The translations under genes were made by a program, and so were the position numbers. The notes under the pieces are model-generated. The model did not search any database, was not told the DNA's origin, and saw nothing but the letters and a program-made list of their open reading frames with translations. A stretch of 34,250 nucleotides of DNA from an uncultured Bacillales bacterium (GTDB lineage: Bacteria; Bacillota_I; Bacilli_A; RFN20; CAG-826): assembly GCA_946401755.1 (NCBI GenBank), contig CAMIVH010000002.1, positions 1-34,250 on the forward strand. Direction: 5' to 3'. The number at the start of each line of letters is the position of its first letter. Position 1 is the first letter of the stretch. Positions 8,693 through 16,295 of this stretch are shown piece by piece.

Positions 8693-8924
8693 ATATGTAC
8701 TCCAATTGTAGAACTGTTACATAATTCTACATCTGTTACATCTAGTATACACCTTTTTATGATGATATCTAATAAAAATGTATGTTTTGAAGCGATTAAA
8801 GAAAACGCAAGATTGTCTATAAACTTTTAACACGCACTGAAAATGATTTTTTATTTTAAAAATCAAAAATATATAGATTTTTCCTTATGAAGTGCTAAAA
8901 TACCACTAACTTTTATTTCAACAT

Positions 8925-10064
8925 ATGGATATACCAAGTTATCTAGTTTCAAACATACCTTTATTTGCTATTTCATCGGTCATGATCTTCTTGGCCTTTA
9001 GAAATTTGCGCGTCAGAAGAAAAGAGAGCATTTACTTCCTTGTTTTCACCACAATTGTGTTGTTCTTATCTGTTGTCTGTGCATTGGAAAAATATTCCCA
9101 AAGAGCAGGTCTTCCTGTGGTTGGGACTATCTTCACAGCAATAGGCTATATACTTAGACCAACGTTATTATTTGTTTTCGTGTTACTTACTAATATGGAC
9201 TTTAGACGTGAACGTTGGTTTTTCTGGATGCTTGGCATCCCTCTAATCGTTAACTCCGTTCTTTATACTCTTCCATTATTCATGAACGTCGAACCAATTA
9301 ACAAACTAGTGTTCTATTACACAATGAATGATGATGGTGCAACCGCTAGTTTCGTTAGAGGCACATTCCTTAATTTCTTCTCTCACGCTATTTGCTTGTT
9401 CTATTTAGGGGTTGTGGCTTATGTTTCTACAGTCAGATTCCATGGTAAGCACCGCCGTGACAGTATTGTTTTGCTTATTTGCATTGTCTTCGTTCTTGTC
9501 ACAGTTGCTGCAGAAGTCGTATCCAAAAGGAATGATTTACTCAACATCGTCTGTGAAATCTGCGCGGCTATTAACTATATCTTCATTATGACCGTTAATT
9601 CTTCCAAAGATCCTTTAACAAATCTCTATGATAGAAGAACTTATCTTGAAGATGTTTCGCGTTATAAAAATATCATTAATGGCCTTGTTGTTATCGATAT
9701 GAACGAATTAAAATTCGTTAATGATAATTATGGCCATCAAATAGGTGATAAAGCTCTTAGCTCACTAGCTATAATCTTTGAGAGTAGCATTGAGCCATCC
9801 GTGATGTGCACTTATCGTGTCAGTGGTGATGAGTTCGTTATCCTAATGTTCCAAGGTAAGATTGGTCAATTAGATAGCACAGTCAGTTCTATTAGAGAAA
9901 AGATGAATGCAAGTGAATATAGTGCTGCAATCGGTTGCTGCTATCTTGATAAGAAAGCGGGCAATGTCTCTTTTGAAGAAGCTATTCAAAAAGCAGAAGA
10001 GTTAATGTATCAAGATAAGAATAAACACTATAACGAGACTGGTCACACTCGTCGCCAGCGCTAG
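8925..10064 (+). CDS. membrane-bound GGDEF-domain protein (diguanylate cyclase-like, SGDEF variant)
   Basis: About six or seven N-terminal TM helices. The C-terminal GGDEF domain has DPLTNLYDRR, NDNYGHQIGD and RVSGDEFVI. There is no obvious SD, so the start is less certain. Confidence 0.8.
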   Translation: MDIPSYLVSNIPLFAISSVMIFLAFRNLRVRRKESIYFLVFTTIVLFLSVVCALEKYSQRAGLPVVGTIFTAIGYILRPTLLFVFVLLTNMDFRRERWFFWMLGIPLIVNSVLYTLPLFMNVEPINKLVFYYTMNDDGATASFVRGTFLNFFSHAICLFYLGVVAYVSTVRFHGKHRRDSIVLLICIVFVLVTVAAEVVSKRNDLLNIVCEICAAINYIFIMTVNSSKDPLTNLYDRRTYLEDVSRYKNIINGLVVIDMNELKFVNDNYGHQIGDKALSSLAIIFESSIEPSVMCTYRVSGDEFVILMFQGKIGQLDSTVSSIREKMNASEYSAAIGCCYLDKKAGNVSFEEAIQKAEELMYQDKNKHYNETGHTRRQR

Positions 10065-10099
10065 AAATAGTGTGGAATAATCGTAATAAATGATAGAAT

Positions 10100-10127
10100 T
10101 AACCATTGCAATAATGGTTATTTTATT
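10100..10127 (+). terminator. intrinsic terminator of the GGDEF gene
   Basis: Stem taaccatt (10100-10107) / aatggtta (10113-10120), 5-nt loop, then a T-run. Confidence 0.7.
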
Positions 10128-10152
10128 ATTTAATAATTGCGAAAGGTAATTT

Positions 10153-12237
10153 ATGAAAAAGAAAAGTTTATTGTTAGGCGCTTTTATGCTTATCGCAATG
10201 TGCGCCACAGCTTGTAATTTAACCGGCTCTAACGGAAACAGCTCATCTAGTAGTGTTTCTTCAAATAATTCCATCACATCAAGCACAACAAGTTCTTCCA
10301 AAACAAGTAGCAGTACTTCTTCTAGTAAATCTAGTTCTAGTAGTTCTTCGAAGAGTAGTGCTAGTTCTTCTAATAGCAGCGCTTCCAGCAGTAGTTCTAG
10401 TAGCAAACCATCGTCCAGTTCTACTTCTAGTTCAAGTTCTTCAAGTGTTTCATCCTCATCATCTAGTTCTTCCTCAAGTTCAGAGGCGCCAAGAACTGTC
10501 TCTTTAGATATTTTTGCTTTTAACGATACGCATGGTAATGTCGTTGATACCATAGGTAAAGGCATTGGCTTAGCGAAAACCACAACCTTATTAAAAGAAA
10601 TCTCCAACGAGAATTCTATCTTCATCTCTCAAGGTGATATGTGGCAAGGTTCAGTCGAAAGCGGTTTAACACATGGTGACGTAGTGACAGAATGGATGAA
10701 TTCCATGAACTTTGTTTCTATGACTGTTGGTAACCACGAGTTTGACTGGGGTCAACAATATATTGCAAGTAATCAAGAACTTGCTACTTTCCCAACCTTA
10801 GGAATTAACGTCCTATATAGAAGTAATAACCAAAGAGCAAATTATTTATCTCCTTCCGTCACATTTAATCGTGGTGGCGCTAAAATCGGCGTTATTGGCG
10901 CGATTGGTAATTGTTATTCATCTGTTTCTAGAAGCAAAGTTACTGATGTTTATTTTGCGACAGGTTCAGCATTAACCAATCTTGTTAAACAAGAAGCCAC
11001 TAGATTAAGAAATCAAGAAAAGTGTGATTTCATTATCTACTCCATTCATGGCACTTATAACAAAAATGATTATGACTATGAATTAAGTTCTGGTCACTAT
11101 GTGGATATAGTCCTAGAAGGTCATAGCCATTATAAATATGCCGATAAGGATGAATATGGGGTCTATCACGTTCAATCTAATGCCTATAATGAAAACTTCT
11201 ATCGTATTAGTGTTGATCTTAATTTGACCAACAAGACATGCGATATTCATGAACCAGTTAGCTATGACACAACATTTAGTTCTTCTCCATATCGTAACTA
11301 TGCAGAAGACTCTGACGTCAAAGCCATTCTCAACAAATATAAAGACAAATATGAATTCGCTTACGAAGTAAGTGGTTATAATGAAACCACTAGATACTCT
11401 ACCGAATTAAAGCAAAAAGTCGCGGATTTATATTACCAAAATGGTAACGCTACTTGGGGAAGTCAATACAATCTAATCCTCGGTGGTGGTTATATTTCTT
11501 GCCGTGGCTCAAGCTTAGCAATGGGTGATGTCACATATGCAGACTTATATAATTTATTCCCATTTGATAACGATATTGCCTTATGTTCTATTACTGGTAG
11601 AAACTTAAGAAATACACAGTTCATCACCGGTAGTAGTGATTACTACGTCAATTGGTCAGATTATGGTGAATCTATTAGATACAACATCAATGATTCCACA
11701 ACTTACTATCTAGTAACAGATACTTATACAATCGATTACTATACATCATTAAATGTCATCAGTTATTTCGAAAATGGTGGTATCTATCAAAGAGATTTAA
11801 TGAACCGTTTTATTGCTAACGGTGGCTATGGTACAAGGCCACAACCTCAAGAAGGTCATGCTGGCACATTGTCTGATCCAAGAACAGTGAAAGAGGCTCT
11901 CGAATATGCTTATACTCATCCAGGTTCAAGTGCTTCCGCTGCAGGCTCAGTTTCGATGTATTATAAAGGCGTAGTTAGCAGACAGGCGGTTAGTGTGTCT
12001 TCTAAAGGTGATATGTACAAAGTCTACATTGCCGATGCTGGGACCGAATATGAAATCATGATTTATTACTTAAAGAAAACTGAGAATAATGAACATGGTA
12101 CTTGGAGTAGTGTTGATGATTTACAAATCGGTGATGAACTAATCATCTTTGGTAGAGCATACTTCTACAATTCCAGTATTCCTGAGTTCGATAACCTTAC
12201 TTACGTCTACTCCATTAATGGAGTTCCAACAGCATAA
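10153..12237 (+). CDS. lipoprotein 5'-nucleotidase / metallophosphoesterase with a Ser-rich linker and an extra C-terminal domain
   Basis: Signal peptide with Cys (CATAC-N). Metallophosphatase motifs FNDTHGN, GDMWQGS, GNHEFD and EGHSH. A 5'-nucleotidase-type C-terminal half, followed by an additional domain of about 120 aa. Confidence 0.85.
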   Translation: MKKKSLLLGAFMLIAMCATACNLTGSNGNSSSSSVSSNNSITSSTTSSSKTSSSTSSSKSSSSSSSKSSASSSNSSASSSSSSSKPSSSSTSSSSSSSVSSSSSSSSSSSEAPRTVSLDIFAFNDTHGNVVDTIGKGIGLAKTTTLLKEISNENSIFISQGDMWQGSVESGLTHGDVVTEWMNSMNFVSMTVGNHEFDWGQQYIASNQELATFPTLGINVLYRSNNQRANYLSPSVTFNRGGAKIGVIGAIGNCYSSVSRSKVTDVYFATGSALTNLVKQEATRLRNQEKCDFIIYSIHGTYNKNDYDYELSSGHYVDIVLEGHSHYKYADKDEYGVYHVQSNAYNENFYRISVDLNLTNKTCDIHEPVSYDTTFSSSPYRNYAEDSDVKAILNKYKDKYEFAYEVSGYNETTRYSTELKQKVADLYYQNGNATWGSQYNLILGGGYISCRGSSLAMGDVTYADLYNLFPFDNDIALCSITGRNLRNTQFITGSSDYYVNWSDYGESIRYNINDSTTYYLVTDTYTIDYYTSLNVISYFENGGIYQRDLMNRFIANGGYGTRPQPQEGHAGTLSDPRTVKEALEYAYTHPGSSASAAGSVSMYYKGVVSRQAVSVSSKGDMYKVYIADAGTEYEIMIYYLKKTENNEHGTWSSVDDLQIGDELIIFGRAYFYNSSIPEFDNLTYVYSINGVPTA
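10228..10485 (+). repeat. low-complexity Ser-rich coding tract (linker after the lipobox)
   Basis: About 85 codons that are almost all Ser, with some Thr, Asn and Lys, using mixed agt/agc/tct/tca codons. This tract creates spurious long ORFs in other frames and on the opposite strand. Confidence 0.9.
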
Positions 12238-12241
12238 AAAT

Positions 12242-12264
12242 AGGAGAACTTAGTTCTCCTTTTT
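12242..12264. terminator. bidirectional terminator shared by the nucleotidase and SDR genes
   Basis: Stem aggagaac / gttctcct with loop tta, flanked by an A-run and a T-run. The hairpin overlaps the last codons of the minus-strand SDR gene. Confidence 0.7.
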
Positions 12265-13125
12265 AAATGTCTCTTTTACCAAATCGTATAGATAAGGCCT
12301 ATTTCTCTTTTTAGGGAAAGGCTTAATCTTTGGATAGCCCCGCCAAGTGAAAGGACTGCGTGGCACGATATAACAAGACCGGACATTTTCTTGCAAAGCA
12401 AGTAAAGCGGTTAAACTAGCTTTCTTAACGGAGTGAGATGCAACCTTAAGGAATAAACTTCCTAACTGCTTAATTGGAAATGGGAAGTCTCTTAATATAT
12501 CTGTACTTGTTAAACCTGGTTCCACTAAATAGAAAGATAAGTTCTTTAATCCTAATGAGCGGTAGTGGTTGTAGATTTCTTCCACACCTGCTTTAGACAT
12601 ACAGTATTGTTGAAAACTGCTGACTTTATATTTATATAAATCACTAGGCTTTTTGAAGTAATAGCCCGCGGCTAAAGAGCCTTGGAAAATAATGCGATGT
12701 TTATTATTTAAATTAGGAATTAATATATCAAGGAAATAAGCAAGTCCCGCAAAGTTGGTCTTGATAGTTAATGACATGTCTCCTTCAATTTTCTGTGTTT
12801 TATAAGTAGTAAAACATCCAGCATTAAGGATTAAGGCATAAAAGTCCTTGTGCTCTTCTAGGATTGCTGTAGCAGCATGCTCAATGCTCTTATAATCACT
12901 CTGATCATAACTAATAAAACCAAGGTGGCAATCAGGATACTTTTCTAGCATCCTATCTTTAACCTCTTTTGACTTATTTGGATTTCTTGCTAAAACAACC
13001 ACATCAGCGTGTTTATAGAGTAGTTGATCTACAATACTTAAACCAATACCAGAAGTACCACCAGTAATAAGGATTTTCTTTCCCAAAAGATCATCTAAAT
13101 TATCGAGATATTTTTGCAACGACAT
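12250..13125 (-). CDS. short-chain dehydrogenase/reductase (SDR) family oxidoreductase
   Basis: Rossmann motif TGGTSGIG, an NAG motif (LILNAG), and catalytic YxxxK (YCMSK). Confidence 0.9.
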   Translation of the reverse strand: MSLQKYLDNLDDLLGKKILITGGTSGIGLSIVDQLLYKHADVVVLARNPNKSKEVKDRMLEKYPDCHLGFISYDQSDYKSIEHAATAILEEHKDFYALILNAGCFTTYKTQKIEGDMSLTIKTNFAGLAYFLDILIPNLNNKHRIIFQGSLAAGYYFKKPSDLYKYKVSSFQQYCMSKAGVEEIYNHYRSLGLKNLSFYLVEPGLTSTDILRDFPFPIKQLGSLFLKVASHSVKKASLTALLALQENVRSCYIVPRSPFTWRGYPKIKPFPKKRNRPYLYDLVKETFKKEN

Positions 13126-13188
13126 ACTTTAATATTTTAGAATAAATTTAAATAAGTTAAATGTTTTTACTTATTTTAAGGCTCAAAA

Positions 13189-13197
13189 TGTTATAAT
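13189..13197 (+). promoter_or_regulatory. extended -10 element (TGtTATAAT) upstream of the metalloprotease gene
   Basis: tgttataat at 13189-13197. A cagtgt-N5-acactg inverted repeat lies in the short leader. Confidence 0.4.
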
Positions 13198-13241
13198 AAA
13201 CCCCCAGTGTTAAATACACTGCTAATCAGGAACTCTATTAT

Positions 13242-14912
13242 ATGAACAAGAAGAGATTATTACTTTTTACAATCTCGTTAACTATGGTGACCGCTATTAG
13301 TGGCTGTCAGTGGTCTTTTACCTTTGGTGGTGATCCTAGCTATATTCCAAGTAGTACAAGTACATCTACTAATACATCGACCACAAGTGATACATCTAGT
13401 GATAGCACATCCTCTATAAGCGATACTTCTTCATCTTCATCTTCCAATCTAGAGGTAAATACTTTAGAAGCAAAAAAGGCATCAATTAACTACAAAAATT
13501 ATACAAAGTATAATGCTACTCCTATTTCATCTGCACCTTGCGTTGGTGCTGCTCATATTTTGATTATCCCTGTTTGGTTCACAGATTCTGGTAGTTACAT
13601 CTCTAACGGTGGTAAAAACAATGTTAGATCAGATATTGAAAAAGCTTATTTTGGCACCAATGAAGATACAGGTTGGAGAAGCGTTAAATCGTTCTATGAA
13701 GAAGAAAGTCATGGTGCTTTAACATTTACTGGTACGGTTTCTGAATGGTACTCATGCAATCAATCTTCATCGTATTATGCAACTTCATCAGCTCGTACAG
13801 CATCGTTAGTAACAACCGCTTCAAACTGGTATTTTAGCAATCACTCTGATGCTAGAACCAATTACGATAAAGATGGCGATGGCTATCTAGATAGTGTCAT
13901 GCTCATTTATGGTGCTCCTGATCATCTTACCGCTGAAAACAGCAATACTAATTTATGGGCGTACTGTTATTGGATTCAAAATTCAAGCGCTCAAAACACC
14001 AGTAATCCAGGTGCTAACGTTTTCTTCTGGGCCAGCTATGACTTTATGTATAGCAGTACAAAAGCCTATCAACGTACTGGCAAAAGTAATTATGGTGGTG
14101 GTGATACATCATATTGTTCACTCGACACCCATACATATATCCATGAAATGGGTCACGTCTTTGGCTTAGAAGATTATTACGATTATTCTGAAACACACAA
14201 TCCTGCCGCTGGTTTCTCTATGCAAGATAATAACGTTGGTGGTCATGATCCATTTAGCTCTTATGCTTTAGGATGGGGCAAAGCATATATTCCTACATCA
14301 ACAACCACAATTTATTTGAAACCATTCCAAGATACAGGTGAAATGATTCTCCTTTCACCAAGTCCAGATAGTAATAATTCACCTTTTGCGGAATATCTTC
14401 TTTTAGAATATTACACACCAACTGGCTTAAATAAATTCGATTGTGATCGTCAATACAATTATCCTTATGATTACCCACAAGGTCCAAATACACGTGGTAT
14501 TAGATTGTGGCACGTTGATGCGCGCTTAGTTAAGTATGATAACTACACTGGCCAATATTCATTAACATCTAATCCACCAAGCCGATCCAACAAAGTATCA
14601 ATGGCGATGAGCAACACTTATGATGATGGCTCAATCGATGAAGAATATTTATCACCATTAGGTAGTAACTACTATAATTACAACATCTTGCAATTAATTA
14701 GAAATAATACCTCTAGTAATGTTAATTCATTCCTAAACAACGATCTTAAAAGTAGTGACTTATTTAAAGCGAATGATACATTCTCAATGTCAACCTACAA
14801 ATATCAATTTGTTAAAAACGGCAAGCTTAACACTAATGTTGATCTCGGTTTCACATTTACTGTAAACACAATTGGCACAAATAGCGCCTCAATCACAGTT
14901 ACTAAATTATAA
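13242..14912 (+). CDS. lipoprotein zinc metalloprotease, M6 (immune inhibitor A)-like domain, with a Ser/Thr-rich linker
   Basis: Lipobox ISGC (Cys22). S/T-rich linker at nt 13350-13448. Zincin motif HEMGHVFGLEDYYD. Confidence 0.75.
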   Translation: MNKKRLLLFTISLTMVTAISGCQWSFTFGGDPSYIPSSTSTSTNTSTTSDTSSDSTSSISDTSSSSSSNLEVNTLEAKKASINYKNYTKYNATPISSAPCVGAAHILIIPVWFTDSGSYISNGGKNNVRSDIEKAYFGTNEDTGWRSVKSFYEEESHGALTFTGTVSEWYSCNQSSSYYATSSARTASLVTTASNWYFSNHSDARTNYDKDGDGYLDSVMLIYGAPDHLTAENSNTNLWAYCYWIQNSSAQNTSNPGANVFFWASYDFMYSSTKAYQRTGKSNYGGGDTSYCSLDTHTYIHEMGHVFGLEDYYDYSETHNPAAGFSMQDNNVGGHDPFSSYALGWGKAYIPTSTTTIYLKPFQDTGEMILLSPSPDSNNSPFAEYLLLEYYTPTGLNKFDCDRQYNYPYDYPQGPNTRGIRLWHVDARLVKYDNYTGQYSLTSNPPSRSNKVSMAMSNTYDDGSIDEEYLSPLGSNYYNYNILQLIRNNTSSNVNSFLNNDLKSSDLFKANDTFSMSTYKYQFVKNGKLNTNVDLGFTFTVNTIGTNSASITVTKL

Positions 14913-14969
14913 TTTACTTGATAAGTCGCAATAAAATTGCTAATGTATTTAATGCTGTTTATCAGCAAT

Positions 14970-15045
14970 GGGTCCGTAGCTCACCTGGGAGAGCGCCTGA
15001 TTTGCATTCAGGAGGTAGCGAGTTCGATTCTCGTCGGATCCACCA
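14970..15045 (+). tRNA. tRNA-Ala (anticodon UGC)
   Basis: Manual cloverleaf of 76 nt with encoded CCA. Anticodon loop ttTGCat. G3:U70 identity pair present. Confidence 0.95.
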
Positions 15046-15097
15046 ATTTGTTTATAATCACTTTGTGATTAAATATAAATAATGGGAGGTAATACTC

Positions 15098-15349
15098 ATG
15101 TTACAATACCGCTATGACACTCAATTATTAATTGAAGGTAAAGGCCTTGATGAAGATGAAATCACTGATTGGATTTTAGAAAACATGAAAGGCGATTCCC
15201 TCATCTGCGTTGGTGATGATGAAATGATTAAAATTCATTTCCACACAAATGAACCATGGGATTTACTCTCACATTGTGCCACTTTAGGCGAAATCTTCGA
15301 TATCGTTGTCGAAGATATGGATCGTCAATCAAGAGGTTTAAAGGGCTAA
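15098..15349 (+). CDS. 83-aa ORF matching only the C-terminal end of DAK2-fusion (YloV/FakA-type) proteins; gene fragment or mini-protein
   Basis: GDSLICVGDDEMIKIHFHTNEPW...GEIFDIVVEDMDRQ resembles the conserved C-terminal GDS..VV.D...KVHVHT..P...IENMREQ block of proteins of about 550 aa. It has its own RBS (gggagg) and lies between tRNA genes. Confidence 0.5.
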   Translation: MLQYRYDTQLLIEGKGLDEDEITDWILENMKGDSLICVGDDEMIKIHFHTNEPWDLLSHCATLGEIFDIVVEDMDRQSRGLKG

Positions 15350-15371
15350 TCCAATAAACTTCGACGCACAT

Positions 15372-15448
15372 GGACCATTAACTCAATCGGTTAGAGTGGA
15401 CGGCCCATAACCGTTATGTTCCGGGTTCAAGTCCTGGATGGTCCACCA
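15372..15448 (+). tRNA. tRNA with CAU anticodon, most likely tRNA-Ile2 (lysidine-dependent); elongator Met not excluded
   Basis: 77-nt cloverleaf with encoded CCA. C4:G69 and C5:G68, a GGTTAGAG D-arm and a GGTTCAAGTCC T-arm resemble Ile2 tRNAs. The anticodon loop cCCATaa has C rather than U at position 33. Confidence 0.85.
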
Positions 15449-15451
15449 TAT

Positions 15452-15542
15452 GGAGAATTACCCAAGCGGTTGAAGGGGTCGGTCTTGAAAACCGATAGAG
15501 GATGCAAGTCCTGCTAGGGTTCGAATCCCTAATTCTCCGCCA
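15452..15542 (+). tRNA. tRNA-Ser (anticodon UGA)
   Basis: 91 nt, long variable arm, anticodon loop ctTGAaa, discriminator G, encoded CCA. It lies 3 nt after the previous tRNA. Confidence 0.95.
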
Positions 15543-15550
15543 ATCAACTC

Positions 15551-15587
15551 AAAATAGGCCAATACTAATGTGTTGGCCTTTTAATTT
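15551..15587 (+). repeat. hairpin family A, copy 1 (aaaataggYcaatac-N4-gtgttgRcctttta)
   Basis: 31 of 37 positions are identical to 19605-19641 by manual alignment. One substitution pair in the stem is compensatory (C/G here, T/A in the other copy). Confidence 0.7.
15556..15583 (+). terminator. intrinsic terminator after the tRNA cluster (hairpin family A, copy 1)
   Basis: Stem aggccaa (15556-15562) / ttggcct (15573-15579), then a T-run. Confidence 0.75.
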
Positions 15588-15604
15588 ATTAAAAAGAGGA
15601 AATT

Positions 15605-15940
15605 ATGATCACATTAAAATACGAAGATTTTATTAAAGGTATCAATAGAGATACTGGAAATATCAAACAAATAAACTTTTATATCGAAGGATATCCACAT
15701 TATCATGACTGCTCTATTGGTCGTTATATTAAGAAAGTTAGAGTGCACGAAAGAATCGTTACATTAACTGGTAGAATCACCTGTATTCTCACTAAAGACC
15801 ATAGCGAAGTTGTATCCTTTTACGGCACTTTTAAAGAAGACCGCAAGATTTTTGACTTTAGAAGAAAAGGTAGATACACCTTAAAAGATGTCTGGGATAA
15901 GGTTGTTATTACTGATATTTCCTATTTTGTTAATGATTAA
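15605..15940 (+). CDS. hypothetical protein, 111 aa; no family recognised
   Basis: Clean ORF with a good RBS (aagagga) 7 nt upstream. No TM helix or signal peptide and no recognisable motifs. Confidence 0.6.
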   Translation: MITLKYEDFIKGINRDTGNIKQINFYIEGYPHYHDCSIGRYIKKVRVHERIVTLTGRITCILTKDHSEVVSFYGTFKEDRKIFDFRRKGRYTLKDVWDKVVITDISYFVND

Positions 15941-15956
15941 AAAATAATTGAACAAT

Positions 15957-15986
15957 AGACCGACGCTAAAACGCTGGTCTTTTTTG
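15957..15986 (+). terminator. probable intrinsic terminator
   Basis: Imperfect stem agaccg.cg / cg.ctggtct followed by six T residues. Confidence 0.55.
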
Positions 15987-16135
15987 TGTTTTTAATGTAA
16001 AAAATAAGACGTTTTTTGTTGGTAAAAAATTTTGCAATAGCGAAACAAAAATGCAATTGTGTAAATACTTCTAAAAATTTTATTTTTAGCAATAATAGGT
16101 TAGAGTAAATTTATACTTTTTTGTAGTTAATAATT

Positions 16136-16172
16136 AAGGTTATATAACGGCGAAAATGTCATAACCTTTTTT
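16136..16172 (+). promoter_or_regulatory. terminator-like hairpin inside the long AT-rich region upstream of the 983-aa gene
   Basis: Stem aaggttat (16136-16143) / ataacctt (16161-16168), 17-nt loop, then a T-run (16167-16172). Confidence 0.35.
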
Positions 16173-16295
16173 AGTAATTAATTAGTATTTTTTACCTCGC
16201 GCATTAAAGTTAAAAATGCAAGATTTTATCGATAAAAAACCACTTTAAAAAAACAGGTAAAATGATAAGTTTTTTGTCAGGAGGTTTTCAATAAA

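Noticed and set aside
8844-8865. tgattttt-N6-aaaaatca inverted repeat upstream of the GGDEF gene.
   Set aside because: It is made only of A/T-rich runs in an AT-rich intergenic region. Such symmetry arises easily by chance and would be very unstable as RNA.
10002-10625. 207-aa minus-strand ORF (Leu/Glu-rich), and the 84-aa plus-strand ORF at 10253-10507.
   Set aside because: Both are frame or strand shadows of the Ser-rich linker of the nucleotidase gene. The low-complexity agc/agt/tct repeats stay open in other frames. Neither ORF has an RBS or a plausible protein composition.
16262-16294. 10-codon upstream ORF (MISFLSGGFQ) that covers the RBS of the 983-aa gene.
   Set aside because: It has no convincing RBS of its own, and short ATG...TAA frames are expected by chance in AT-rich DNA. 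It is noted only as a possibility within the leader finding.
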